64,000 nt of DNA from Candidatus Marinacidobacterales bacterium (GTDB lineage: Bacteria > Acidobacteriota > Vicinamibacteria > Marinacidobacterales > SMYC01), in contig OZ250169.1 of NCBI GenBank assembly GCA_965237955.1, forward strand, positions 384,001 to 448,000. Reading direction: 5' to 3'. The position numbers were made by a program, and so were the translations under genes. Shown here piece by piece: positions 1-10,819 of the stretch (positions within the stretch are counted from its first letter, which is position 1; each line of letters begins with the position of its first letter). Below the pieces are notes generated by a model. That model worked only from the letters and a program-made list of their open reading frames with translations. It did no database searches and was not told where the DNA came from.

Positions 1-73
1 TGGACCAGACGGGGGCACCAGTACTTGGGAAAGGAAGCTTGCAAGCACAGGAAAGGTATGTTGAGGCATTCAG

Positions 74-106
74 TATTTCAAAAAGGCCGAGTTTTGGCAC
101 AGGACG
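74..106 (-). mobile_element. Solo terminal repeat of rve-IS lineage A (end A)
   Basis: TATTTCAAAAAGGCCGAGTTTTGGCACAGGACG, the reverse complement of the end seen at 60964, which leads into a transposase N-terminus. Confidence 0.85.
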
Positions 107-410
107 GGGTCGAGTTCGTACTTGAACCGGACGAAGGCCGCATCACCGTCAATTACAGCGACGGGAAACAGCGCTTTTCGGCTAAATTGTTTCTCTCCGT
201 AACTGGATCGTGCCGCTACAGGATCTCCAATGGTGGGGCATACGAAGGTGAATATTGCCGGTGGCAAGTGCTGCGGCGAGCCTTCGAGCGTATCTTCTTT
301 GACTCCTTGCCTCCAGGTGTACGCGTCCCCGGCGATTACGGAGTCACGATCTAGTCCTCTGCATGGGCTCACCTAACTGGGCCAACCAATCAAGGAGGTT
401 ATTTTAAATC

Positions 411-710
411 ATGGTTACTGTAGGCTTCTCAAAAGCTCAAAGGATCATACTTGCTATTGGTGTCATGCTCTTTACTTCTAGCTTTACCTTCGCATTTAGT
501 CCTTATGACTACAGCCATATCGCCGCAGCCGTGATAGCTGTAGGAGCGGGTCTGATCTCAGCCGTAGCAGTTCCTCCAAAACGGGAGGTCGAGAGAATTT
601 ACTTGCCTCGACCTTGTAACCTATCTCGCCGCAAGTTTGAGAAAGCTTTGAAGAACCTTGATGTCTGTTCAGCTCATATCCTTGATACCCTCGACAATAA
701 GGGAGAATGA
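411..710 (+). CDS. Small hypothetical membrane protein
   Basis: 99-aa ORF with two hydrophobic segments; AGGAGG upstream. Confidence 0.55.
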   Translation: MVTVGFSKAQRIILAIGVMLFTSSFTFAFSPYDYSHIAAAVIAVGAGLISAVAVPPKREVERIYLPRPCNLSRRKFEKALKNLDVCSAHILDTLDNKGE

Positions 711-751
711 ACGTGGCCCATGAGGCAAGCGGCTCCGGTACGTGGATCTAA

Positions 752-1046
752 CCGCGTGAGAATAGGAGATGGATGACATGAAAAGCCCCAAGGAAATTCC
801 TTTGCGCTCAGACTGGATGTAACTGGTCGCTGCAGACGCTTTCCGAGCTCGGCCAGAGACCGCCGTTCGCCATCGGTCAGGCACAGCGACCCTGGGTCTG
901 AATTCGAAGAACTGGATTCTTGGCCACAAGATACTCGTTGCGCAGGAGCAACTCCTCATCCACGGACCCTGGCCCGGTCGCAAACACAGACGCTAAGCTA
1001 CTGATTCATGGTCTATTTCAAAAAGGCCGAGTTTTGGCACAGGACG
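752..1046 (-). repeat. 295-bp composite unit (unknown DNA + lineage C transposase piece + end A), copy 1
   Basis: Near-identical to 62146-62440; 834-970 matches about 9714-9851; 968-1046 is end A. Confidence 0.85.
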
Positions 1047-1105
1047 GGCTCGAGTCCGTTCGCCTTAGCGGTCTCGATGAGCGAATGCAGCCGGGTGCTC
1101 GCGTT

Positions 1106-1271
1106 GGTGCTTGCGCTATTTACTGTTGGTGATGTGTACGCATCCCTTTGCAAAAAAAGCGCTTACGCTCCATTTAGCGCGCAGCGAAGGTCGTGAGCGC
1201 TATTTTGGCTGTAATTTAATGCACCGTAAAGTCTTAGCGTCATTCCACCAACACTTAATGACGGAAGCACC
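1106..1271. mobile_element. MITE-like element D with 26-bp imperfect TIRs
   Basis: GGTGCTTGCGCTATTTACTGTTGGTG...CACCAACACTTAATGACGGAAGCACC; partial copies at about 15481, 20368, 27121, 27510 and 34692. Confidence 0.7.
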
Positions 1272-1829
1272 CTTTGCCCCGCAAGCCGGCCGCCGTTGAC
1301 CACGACCATCTCGATACTGCTGGCGAACGGTCAAGCATCGTCGATCCGGGTTGCGGCGGAGCCACGCGGCGCGGCGATCGTGCGTCGACTCGAGACCGAG
1401 CCGACGCACGCCGCCCACAGTTCGTCGGACGGAGTGTGGGCTCACTTGCTCGTAGCCCCGACCGGCTTGACCTTAGATTCGTTGTTCACGTTCGCGATAC
1501 GCAGTCTCGGCACCATCCAACCGCCCTCCGGCGCGAAATCGTAGATCACCAGCTCCGGGTGGTAGCTGTCGAACGACTGTCCAAAGAACACGCACGCCGC
1601 GTTGGACGCGCACGGTAGCACGTGCACTCGCCGAACACCGTGCTCGTCCCCCAACCTGTCCATCATCATTATTAGTCCGGGACTGGACTCCAGGCCCGGA
1701 GCGCCCTCGATCCCAATGCTTGAGAGCGTGGTCAGCGCGCGAGGGAAGATGCTGAGGACGAACTTCTCGGCGACCAGCCGAGTAACGCGAGCGACCAAGC
1801 TGACTCAGGCTGCCTCTCGCCACTCGTAT

Positions 1830-2008
1830 CGATGGTGCAGTCCACTGCCTTGATGAACTCGATGACCGCAGCGTTAAAGATGAAGTCGCGGTCGAAGATG
1901 AGATATCTCGGAGCGGTGTCGTAGGGAAACGCCTCGCGTAGTTGCTGAATAACCCAAGCAGACGTCGGGTGGAACGTGGCGTTGAAGTGAACGATGTGCC
2001 GACGACCG
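1830..2008 (-). pseudogene. rve transposase internal fragment
   Basis: RRHIVHFNATFHPTSAWVIQQLREAFPYDTAPRYLIFDRD; begins exactly at end A (2009). Confidence 0.8.
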
Positions 2009-2043
2009 CGTCCTGTGCCAAAATTCGGCCCTTTTGAAATAGA
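2009..2043 (+). mobile_element. Solo end A
   Basis: CGTCCTGTGCCAAAATTCGGCCCTTTTGAAATAGA. Confidence 0.85.
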
Positions 2044-2309
2044 GTCCTGAGCGCCAGCGCGGTGTCTTGCCTCCAGGTCGAAGATTGGAACTCTTTTGAC
2101 CGGAGAGGGGCAGACCGGAGAGGGGCAGAAAACCATTCGTGGGCTTCGAATGGAACCCCTCACGTGCTGCTCTGAGATTCCCCCTATCGATAGTTACCAC
2201 ATGGGAAAACGGCCCGAACAGCCCCAAATGGCCCGTTGGTGGCCTATTTTTTCCCGTTTCTGATGGTTTCCAGCCAAGAACCCGGATAGCTCCACTCGCC
2301 CTCGCTTGA

Positions 2310-3253
2310 GCCTGCCGACTGCGATAGCCGGAAAGGTGTTCCCGTCGACGCCACGTCGGTCGATGAGGCGTAAGATCCTTTAATGGTAGTGATTTACGGC
2401 CTGGACCCGCCGCCGGAGAGTTTACGACACGGCCCTCTTTCAGGCGCCAAGGAGGTTGAGGTTGCCGTCGAGAAAAGCGTATTGAAGCCAATTCGAATTC
2501 CGGCTCGAATGGCCACCCGTCCATGAGATGTGCGAGGACCGAGCACGTGAAGGCAGCCGTTAAATCACTGTAGAAAAAGAGGATAAAATGATGTGGACAC
2601 CACGGCTTCTCTGAGTATTCGCTCCATTGCCCCAACACGCGCATGGCGAAAAGGGCGATATGACTCGCAAAACTCGCAAAACTCCCCGTATGGGCCAGGA
2701 CGTAGGTTCCGACCTGTGCTTCGGGGTTTCCAGCCGAGACCGGATAGCTCCGGACTTCACCATCCGCCACCCAGTCTGGCCAATTGTGGCACTGCAGAGA
2801 CGGGTGAGATTTTCCGCGCGGTTGGCGGGGTTTTGCAGGATCAGGTGTCACCAGAGACGCGCTAGAAAGGCTGAACTGGCCTCATTTTCGGTTTTGGTCT
2901 CTAATCTCGATTTTCGAGTGCCACGTTTGCGCCAAAGGGGGGGAGTGGGTCGCTGACAGGGCCGTGCAGCGTCGGAAAAGAGGCCGCCCGAGGGGTCCAG
3001 AATCAAGGCCAGGGCTACTGTGGCGTAGCCGGCTAGCACGTTCTGGCCCAGGTGCGGCCCGTGCCTGGATCCAGGTCTCCGCCCGGGAGCGTGGCATCCC
3101 GTTGCTGGACGGTGTTTTCCCTGCGCGTACGGGGAACCCGAATCGCCGACATCACCTCCGACAAGCCCCAGATCTGGGGCTCGCCATGGGTCGATGACGA
3201 TCGAAACGGCCCGGCGCGCCAGTCTTGAGTTCGTTTGTGTTTTTGGACAGGAC
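2310..3253. repeat. About 0.95-kb non-coding duplicated block ending in a lineage B IS end, copy 1
   Basis: Homologous to 41402-41480 joined to 44409-45232 once IS21 is removed; ends in TTTTTGGACAGGACG. Confidence 0.8.
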
Positions 3254-3421
3254 GGGGTCGCCACTTGATCTGATACCGTCACCATGAAGTGGAGTTGCGC
3301 TGTTCCTTTTCCACAGGATTGGGTACGCATCCTGCTGCTTTCCCTTTTGGATAATGGGTGACGCCTTCGGCAATGCCGTTACCACTAAAGCAGACCTCGC
3401 TGCTCTCAAATCGCCGTACGG

Positions 3422-3679
3422 TTAATTTCGTTCCCAAGTTCCGTATTCGTTCAGAGCACTCCACTCGTCGCCCCGCCGTGAACGTCCCTTGAGATTAGGA
3501 GAGAACGGAATCGTCGAAACGGCTTCGCTGAAACTGTGTGCCGTGGGGTTTCGCGGGTCGCTTCCATCAAGAGTGTAGTAGACCCTTTCCGCTCCCGCTG
3601 GGCGTCGGATGGTGATGCTGTCAGCAACTCGTTCGAACACCGGCGGGTCGAGGGTGGGATAGTAATCATGGTCTCGGAG
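3422..3679 (-). pseudogene. 3' part of the CotH-kinase gene split by IS21
   Basis: LRDHDYYPTLDPP...VYYTLDGSDPR...EWSALNE resembles the C-terminus of 36805-38838; continues the 8774-6623 frame across the TSD. Confidence 0.85.
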
Positions 3680-3899
3680 TGCGTATTCCGGGGCATCGTG
3701 AACGCAGATTCCAGCCGAAGGTGAACATCCATTCCAAAGCATCGTGAACACGGATTCCGGGGATCGTGAACATCGATTCCGGGGAAGGTGAACACGGATT
3801 CCAGGCAACGTGAACGCCGGTTCCGGCATCGCGAACGCTCATCGATAGCACGTTTCAAGGCAACTCTAGGTCGTACCCGGAAGGAGGACGATCTAGGAA

Positions 3900-5456
3900 A
3901 TGGCAGCTAAGAGGTTATCGATGAGAAAAATACGAGAGGTTCTAAGGTTAAAGTACGAGCTGGGTTTTACTCACCGCATGATCGCAAAGGCACTTCGCGT
4001 GGCGGTTGGAACGGTGAGTGAGTACCTGGCCAAGGCGAAGAAGGGTGGTCTGAGCTGGCCGCTCCCGGAGGAGCTGAGCGAAGGGGAGCTGGAGGCAGGG
4101 CTGTTTCCGCCGCCGGGCTCGTCTGGCGCACGGCCGGGTCTGGACTATGCCCACATCCACGAGGAGCTGAGGCGTCACCGAGAGCTGACGTTGCTGCAGC
4201 TGTGGGTGGAGTACGCGGAGAATAAGCCGGGAGCGTACGGCTACAGCCGTTATTGCGAGCTGTACGGTCAGTGGAAGAAGAAGCTGAACCCGACGATGCG
4301 TCAACGGCATCGAGCAGGCGAGAAGACATTCGTCTATTTTTCGGGGAAGAAGCCTCACATCGTCGATCCGAAAACGGGAGAGCTCGTCGAAATGGAGCTG
4401 TTCGTCGGGACGTTGGGCGCGAGCAGTTACACCTACGTCGAAGCGACACTGAACCAGTCGCTGGAATCGTGGGCGAAGGCCCATAAGGGGATGTCGGATT
4501 ACTTCGGTGGCAGTACGGAGATCTGGGTTCCGGACAACTTGAAGAGCGGCGTGGATTTGGTGGACCGTTACGAGCCAGGGATCAACCGGACGTACGAAGA
4601 GATGGCGACGCATTACGGTGCGGTTGTGGTCCCGGCTCGGGTGTTCAAGCCGAAAGACAAAGCGAAGGTGGAGTCGGCAGTGCAGGTGGCGCAGCGCTGG
4701 ATCCTGGCGGTGCTTCGTCATCGCACGTTCTTCAGCCTGGCGGAACTGAACGAAGCCATCTGGGAGAAGTTAGAGGTCCTGAATGCGCGTCCGATGCAGA
4801 AGCTCGGTGTGAGTCGGCGGGAGTTGTACGAAAGGCTAGACCGGCCCGTACTGAAACCGCTACCGCAGGAGAGCTACGAGTTATCGACGTGGAAGCGGTG
4901 CAGAGTGAACATCGACTACCACGTGGAGGTGGAGAACAACTTGTACAGCGTTCCCTATCAGCTCATTCACGAGAAAGTCGAGGCACGGGTGACGGCCTCG
5001 GTGGTGGAGGTCCTGTTCAAGGGAAAGCGCGTCGCGTCGCATCCCCGCAAGAAAGGAAAGGGGCACTACTCCACGAACCCGGAGCATATGCCACGTTCGC
5101 ATCGGGAGCACCTGGAGTGGACGCCGTCGCGGCTGCTCCACTGGGCGGAGCAGTCAGGTCGCGCCACGGGAAGGCTGGTTGCGGGGATTCTAGAGAGTCG
5201 GCCTCACCCGGAGCAGGGATTTCGCTCTTGCCTGGGAGTCATGCGACTAGGCAGCCGCTGGGGCAGTGAGCGTCTCGAGGCCGCTTGCGCACGAGCGGAA
5301 GCTTTGAGCTCTTACAGCTATCGCACGGTGAAAAACATTCTCTCGGCTGGTCTGGATCGTGTGGTGCTCGAATCGGACGCCGAAGCGAAACCGCGAGAGG
5401 AGCACGAGAACATCCGAGGCGCGGATCACTACGAAGGAGGAGAGTCCCGATGCTGA
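3900..5456 (+). CDS. istA: IS21 transposase IstA (first catalytic Asp replaced by Tyr)
   Basis: N-terminal HTH, VPDNLKS, PKDKAKVE; TFVYFSG here versus TFVDFSG in copy 2. Confidence 0.93.
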   Translation: MAAKRLSMRKIREVLRLKYELGFTHRMIAKALRVAVGTVSEYLAKAKKGGLSWPLPEELSEGELEAGLFPPPGSSGARPGLDYAHIHEELRRHRELTLLQLWVEYAENKPGAYGYSRYCELYGQWKKKLNPTMRQRHRAGEKTFVYFSGKKPHIVDPKTGELVEMELFVGTLGASSYTYVEATLNQSLESWAKAHKGMSDYFGGSTEIWVPDNLKSGVDLVDRYEPGINRTYEEMATHYGAVVVPARVFKPKDKAKVESAVQVAQRWILAVLRHRTFFSLAELNEAIWEKLEVLNARPMQKLGVSRRELYERLDRPVLKPLPQESYELSTWKRCRVNIDYHVEVENNLYSVPYQLIHEKVEARVTASVVEVLFKGKRVASHPRKKGKGHYSTNPEHMPRSHREHLEWTPSRLLHWAEQSGRATGRLVAGILESRPHPEQGFRSCLGVMRLGSRWGSERLEAACARAEALSSYSYRTVKNILSAGLDRVVLESDAEAKPREEHENIRGADHYEGGESRC

Positions 5457-6208
5457 CACCCGAAACGATAGAAAAGATGAACGCCATGAAGTTGTTCGGC
5501 TTGGTGTCCGCGTTCGAAACCCAGTTGAGCTCGAGCGAATACAAGGAGCTGAGCTTCGAGGAACGTGTGGGACTCCTGGTCGATGCCGAGTGGACCGCCC
5601 GCGAACAGCGTAAGCTTTCTCGACGACTGCGAGCGGCAAAGCTCCGCTATCCGGCATGTTTGGAGAACGTGAACTTCCAAGCGCCTCGAGGCTTAAACCG
5701 CGAACAGATCTTGAGCCTGGGCAACTGCCGCTTTGTCGGTGAGCGCCATAACCTGCTCATCACCGGCCCGACGGGGATTGGCAAATCGTTCTTGGCTTGC
5801 GCCTTCGTGGAGCGGGCCTGTCGTCGCGGCTTCACCGGATGCTACGTGCGAGCACCGCGCTTGCTCCACGAGCTCGCGGTCGCTCGTGGTGATGGTTCCT
5901 ACGCCCGGCTTTTGACGAAACTCGCCAAGCTGGACTTACTGGCTATCGATGATTGGCTGCTTCACCCGCTGAAAGAATCGGAGAGACGGGATCTAATGGA
6001 GGTCATCGAAGACCGCGCCGAGCGTGGCTCCACACTCATCGCGACCCAGATTCCGCTCAAGCAGTGGCACGAAGCGATTGGCGACCCAAACCAGGCAGAC
6101 GCTATCTGCGATCGCATTCTCCACAGCGCGCACCGCATCACTCTCAAAGGAGCTTCTCTGAGAAAGACCAAGGCTGCGCCAAAGGCATTTGACAACGCCG
6201 ATGCATGA
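5450..6208 (+). CDS. istB: IS21 helper AAA+ ATPase IstB
   Basis: Walker A GPTGIGKS, Walker B LLAIDDW, ADAICDRI; overlaps the istA stop. Confidence 0.93.
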   Translation: MLTPETIEKMNAMKLFGLVSAFETQLSSSEYKELSFEERVGLLVDAEWTAREQRKLSRRLRAAKLRYPACLENVNFQAPRGLNREQILSLGNCRFVGERHNLLITGPTGIGKSFLACAFVERACRRGFTGCYVRAPRLLHELAVARGDGSYARLLTKLAKLDLLAIDDWLLHPLKESERRDLMEVIEDRAERGSTLIATQIPLKQWHEAIGDPNQADAICDRILHSAHRITLKGASLRKTKAAPKAFDNADA

Positions 6209-6622
6209 GCGAGCGAGGGACCACAGCGTCGATGCGATAAAAACGGGTGAAACCGCCAAACCCGGGGTACCAGACGATGCGGCGCCAAAACGACGCGCGA
6301 GAATGCCTCAGGAAGCGTCTTCTCGAGCCAGGCCATACCCCAGCAACCCCCCGAAACCAGCCCCACATCGCCCGGGGTTCGGCCGCGGCAGGTCGCTGCC
6401 TACGGGAGCGGGAAGGTCGCTTCGCGTCTTTCCTTACGCCCGCTCCCTCCGGCACCGACCTGCCGCCCCTTGCTACACAACACGCAGGTAAGATAGGTTC
6501 ACGTTTTCAATCAGTGGAAAGGAGGTCACCCAACACTTCATCGCTTCGATGAGCGTTCGGCTTCACCGGATTCGCTGTTCAGCTTGCTCTGGATTCGGCG
6601 TTCACGATGGCTGGAATACGCA

Positions 6623-8774
6623 CTCGGAGCGCTCGAATGAACCTTTCGACGTTTCCGTCCATCAAATCTAGAACATAGTCCCGCGCCTGCTTCCAATGCA
6701 CATCCCGCGTGCGGGGACGATTCTCTCTTCCGGGGCTCGCGTCGCCCCAACGGGCCGACTCACAAAGCATCGCCGGCTCCACATAATCCGCTAGCCTTCG
6801 GAAATTGGCCTTGTTTACACTGTCCGTGAGCGGTCCGCCATCGTAGCAAGCACGGTAGACGCGATCTGCGAACTCCAGCCGGAACTCTGGGCTGTCCGCC
6901 AAGGCCGTCCATAGTTGGTGTAGCGCGGATGTCCCGCCCGACACAAACTTGGGAGGAACCCATGCCTCTGCATTGCTATCGAAGGCGGAATTGGCGAGGA
7001 GCCCGTAGGTAATCTCAGAATCCCATAAAAAATATGCCCCGGCTCCGGGAGGGCGTATCCGAATCCCGCCATACCAATTATTGAGGACCCAATCCCCCCT
7101 GCCGGCAAACCAATTGAGCAAAATGTAGTCACTAAACTGGTCAGTATCCAACAACGTTCTCATTTCCTGGTACTTCGCTGAATCCGCGAGGTCATTGTCA
7201 TGGGCATAACGGTGCATGGCGTACCATCGCTGGTTCGGGGTGCCGAGCACGTCGTTGTGATTGATGGCAAACCAGTCCGAGGCCGAATCGCCGCCATAGT
7301 ACGAAGCGAGAAAACGCTGGTCCGGACGCTCCACCGCGTTATACAAGCCCCAGTAAATCCCGTTCAGATAGAGATGCACGAAAATACCGTGCGCTGCCGT
7401 ACCGCTCAAAGAAAGCTGCACGTCGAAAGCGAGTTGTTCGCGGACATAGACCGCCAACTCGCTGACATCGCCTCTCGACCAGTTTTCTTGTCCCCCTGCC
7501 CGCAGAACTATGGTGTTAAACTCTTTCACCGCAGATTCGGCATGGTTCACGGCGCTCTCGAAAAAAGGGTATCTCAACATTCCAGGACCGAAGTCCTTTC
7601 TGAAGATCAGGCGAAACGAGCGCTTCTCTCTGAAGGGGTATGTTGCGCGATGTCCATGAATTCTAACTCCGCAATCGACCTGAAAGCCCTCGAAGTCGGA
7701 AAACTTACTGGGATAGAGGAGCTCAACCGAGGCGGGACGGGTCAGTGCACCGTTGTCAAAGTAGAGCCCTCGGCTCTCGTTAAAGAGATGGTCCACGTCC
7801 ATGACGATGGAGAGGGTAGGAATCGACGTCAGTCCTTCCACGAACTCCCGCTGGTTTCCCGTATTCACAACCTCGAGATCGATCCCGACATCGAGATCTG
7901 TGTACGGAGCCGTATTGGAAGGGCGAAATAGGGCCAGATAATCGAATGGCGGAGGCTCCTGCTCCTTCACCGTGGTTGGAAATATATAGGTATGGGTGTC
8001 AACATTCGTTCTCGTCGCACCAGGTTTGTGCGCCATGGCCCGAAGGACGGTCGTTTTAGCCACAAGAACTTTGTTACCGACGATTCCATGACTCACGCTA
8101 GGCTTACTACCGTCGGTGGTATAGACGATCGTTGCGCCGGGAGTGTCGGTGGTGAGGATCACTTCGAAAGGGGTCTCATAGAAGCCGCGGTCGTGGCTGA
8201 ACTTCGTATCGCCCACTGAGTCCATCCGGCGGGGTCGGCGATGCCAATCATTGAAGGACTCAACCGATTTCCCCAACCGGGCGTTCGCAGGCGTTCTCGC
8301 AAGAACCGGATCACCCCAAACCGGAACCAGTGACTGCCGATGCCCCGCGCCCGAGGCCTCCAGCACAGGCCGCGCCGTGAATATCAGCGAGACCGCTCTC
8401 CCCTCCCACGGAGTGAGATCAATCATGCGGTCGTTCCAACGATTCCCCTCCTGTGCGGCAAGGGTCTCGCGGAACGCACGGCTCCGCTTGCTATCGGCTT
8501 CGATCTCGATCAGGAACTCTGTCGCAGGCAGACCAGTACTGGGTGTGCCTAATACGGCGAACGAGAACTGGAGCACGGCGTTGTGCGGTACCTTTAGCGG
8601 GGACACCCACCTCGATCCGTCCGACGCTGATCGAGACTCTCCTTCCAACTCCACTTTCCTGGAAGGCTGAGAAGGAGCGAGAAGGGAAACAGAGCGCGCT
8701 CTCGATGAGTCGCTGCAAGCTGCGCCAAATGCTAGCAGCATCAGGACAAGCGTGTCGATTCGTCTCCCCATCAT
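6623..8774 (-). pseudogene. CotH-kinase family lipoprotein (Fn3-associated + CotH domain), interrupted by IS21
   Basis: Lipobox-like LAFGAAC, IVYTTDGSKP, FVHLYLNGIYWGLY, DW..NNWY, ESARWGD. Confidence 0.85.
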
Positions 8775-8799
8775 AACGTTGCGAGGGCCAGCTGGTGCC

Positions 8800-9950
8800 C
8801 GTGAGGTCAAAATACTCATGCGGCTTCCCGATGGTAGAAACGTAGTAACCCGCCAAGCCGTTCACGGGAGCGTACCTTGCGCTCAGACTGAGGTAACTGG
8901 TCGCTGGCTGGGAACAGCAGCAGATTCTCCTTGCCTTGATGATTCCTCTCGTGATGATAGTAGACGACGTACTCCCTAAGCGCATGACGGAGCGACTTCT
9001 CGCCGAACAGGATGAGCTTCGAGAGACATCCCTCTTTGACTGACTTCACCCAGCGCTCCGCGAACGAGTTCAAATCCGGGCTCCGTGCGGGCAGCTTGAC
9101 GGGCGCGACGCCAATCGCCTCGATGGTCCGGTGGAACGACTGGCAGAACTTCGTGTCTCGGTCGTGAATGAGGTATCGGCTCGAGGACAGAAAGCCGACA
9201 TCCGCCATGGTCACGTTGCGAGCCACTTGAGTCATCCACTGTTCGTTCGGATGCGGCGTGATGCCGGCAACGTGGACTCGACGGGTAGCCAGGTGTATGA
9301 AGAACAGAACGTAGTACGTCACCAACCCGCCCTGAGTCTACACTTGCGTGGTGAAAAAATCTGTTGCCGCGAGGACGTCCATGTGCGAGCGGATGAACTC
9401 CCTCCACGTCGTGGTCTTCCGACGCTCTGGTGCGAGCGGAATGCCGTGGCGTTTCAGAATGTTACCGACGGTTTGATCGGCTACTTCATGCCCGAGGTTG
9501 GCTAGCGCCCCGGCAATCCGGTCGTAACCCCAGGATTTGTTCTCCTTGGCGAGACGCACCACCAGCTCTTCGATGTCGGCGTCGATCCGCGGTCGCCCTG
9601 GATACTGACGGTTCTTGGAGCCATCGAACTTCTTCGCGACAAGCCTCCGGTGCCAACCTAGGATCGTGTCGGGGTTCACGATACTCGCGACCTCATCAAG
9701 GGCTTGCTTACCCAGACGCTTTCCGAGCTCGGCCAGAGACCGCCGTTCGCCATCGGTCAGACGCAAGCGACCCTGGATCTGATTTCGAAGAACTCGATTC
9801 TCTGCTACAAGATACTCGTTGCGCAGGAGCAACTCCTCTTCCACGGACCCTGAGATGTAGCTCAGCATGGTCTTCCAGTCCATCGCGACTCCTTCCGCTG
9901 AACTGGAATACGTATCCGACCACGATGGCGGATTCAAGCAGCCTTTGGAA
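8800..9950 (-). mobile_element. rve-IS lineage C; left end truncated by an IS6 end
   Basis: Right TIR CGTGAGGTCAAAATACTC matches the left TIR CGTCTGGTCAAAATACTC seen at 57140 and 32716-32733. Confidence 0.8.
8816..9882 (-). pseudogene. rve/integrase-core transposase (lineage C) with an in-frame stop
   Basis: MDWKTML...ATDFFTTQV* (TAG at 9338-9340), then VTYYVLFFI...HDRD...FAERWV...ERNHQG...RLGGLLRFYHREAA in the same frame. Confidence 0.88.
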
Positions 9951-10680
9951 GGTACTGTCAAGTTGGCGTCATTGTAGCCAGACTGGTCCCGGTTGGCTGT
10001 TGCGCTTCGAGATTTCGTCAGGCACACGTTACCTCGTGCCAGGCGATGAAAGCGCGACCTCTTAGCTCCCGATGATGGCGGGCTTGCAACAAATGCCGTC
10101 CAACGCGAAAGAGGTTTTGCACGAGTCCATGCACGGTCAAGAATTGTTGCGCTTGTCCCGGAGATTTAAACTTCCGCATCTGTCGTTCCTGTTGTCGCGT
10201 CGGCTCATGCGAGACTTCGGCTCTATTGTTTCCGTACTGGTCGGTGTCGTGGACGACGGAGGGCATGACCTCGCGGTGAGCGGCGCTGTAGCTTTTCAAC
10301 TTGTCGGTGACCAGCCGCCAGGGAGAGCGAGCTTGCCCCTTCAACAGCTTGCGGAAGAATCGTTTGGCGGCTTTTCGATCACGGCGAGGCTGGACGAGGA
10401 TATCGAGCACATCACCATCTTGATCTACCGCGCGCCAGAGGTATTGGCGTTTGCCTTGTATCTTTATGAAAACCTCGTCCAGGTGCCACGTGTCACCGAG
10501 ACGACCCTGTCGACGCTTCAGTCGCCGAGCGTATTCCGGCCCGAACTTGATACACCAAAGTCGGATCGCTTCATAGGAAACGGCGATGCTGCGTTGAGCC
10601 AGGAGATCCTCGACATCGCGAAAGCTCAAGCAAAATCGGTGGTACAGCCAGACCGCGTGGCTGATGATTTCGGGAGGAGG
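9951..10680 (-). mobile_element. IS6-family element, 5' end lost
   Basis: GGTACTGTCAAGTT end; PPEIISHAVWLYHRF, WHLDEVFIKI, YLWRAVDQDG, VTDKLKSY, NNRAEVSH. Confidence 0.88.
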
Positions 10681-10819
10681 GAGCTCAACCTTATGCCTAG
10701 CTATGAACACAAAAAACTGATCGAACGCATATCTCAGCTTAACGAGTTATCAGAGGCAGTAAAGACCTCTTGAGCGTTCGAGCATGTCGATCTGTGCGCG
10801 CGATGTCACTTAGGCCACG

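Larger units (their letters stand above)
3680..6622 (+). mobile_element. IS21-family element, copy 1
   Basis: TGCGTATTCC...GGAATACGCA ends, multiple GTGAAC subterminal repeats, istA/istB, 7-bp TSD CTCGGAG (3673-3679 and 6623-6629). Confidence 0.95.

Noticed and set aside
1874-2851. 325-aa minus-strand ORF
   Set aside because: It crosses an IS end and the non-coding duplicated block and is not preserved in the second copy
3690-3840. About 22-bp periodic GTGAAC repeats resembling iterons or a mini-CRISPR
   Set aside because: They lie inside the IS21 end in both copies and fit known IstA-binding repeats
8775-8819. Start of the CotH ORF at 8819
   Set aside because: It lies in the lineage C IS terminal repeat; the signal peptide supports a start near 8774
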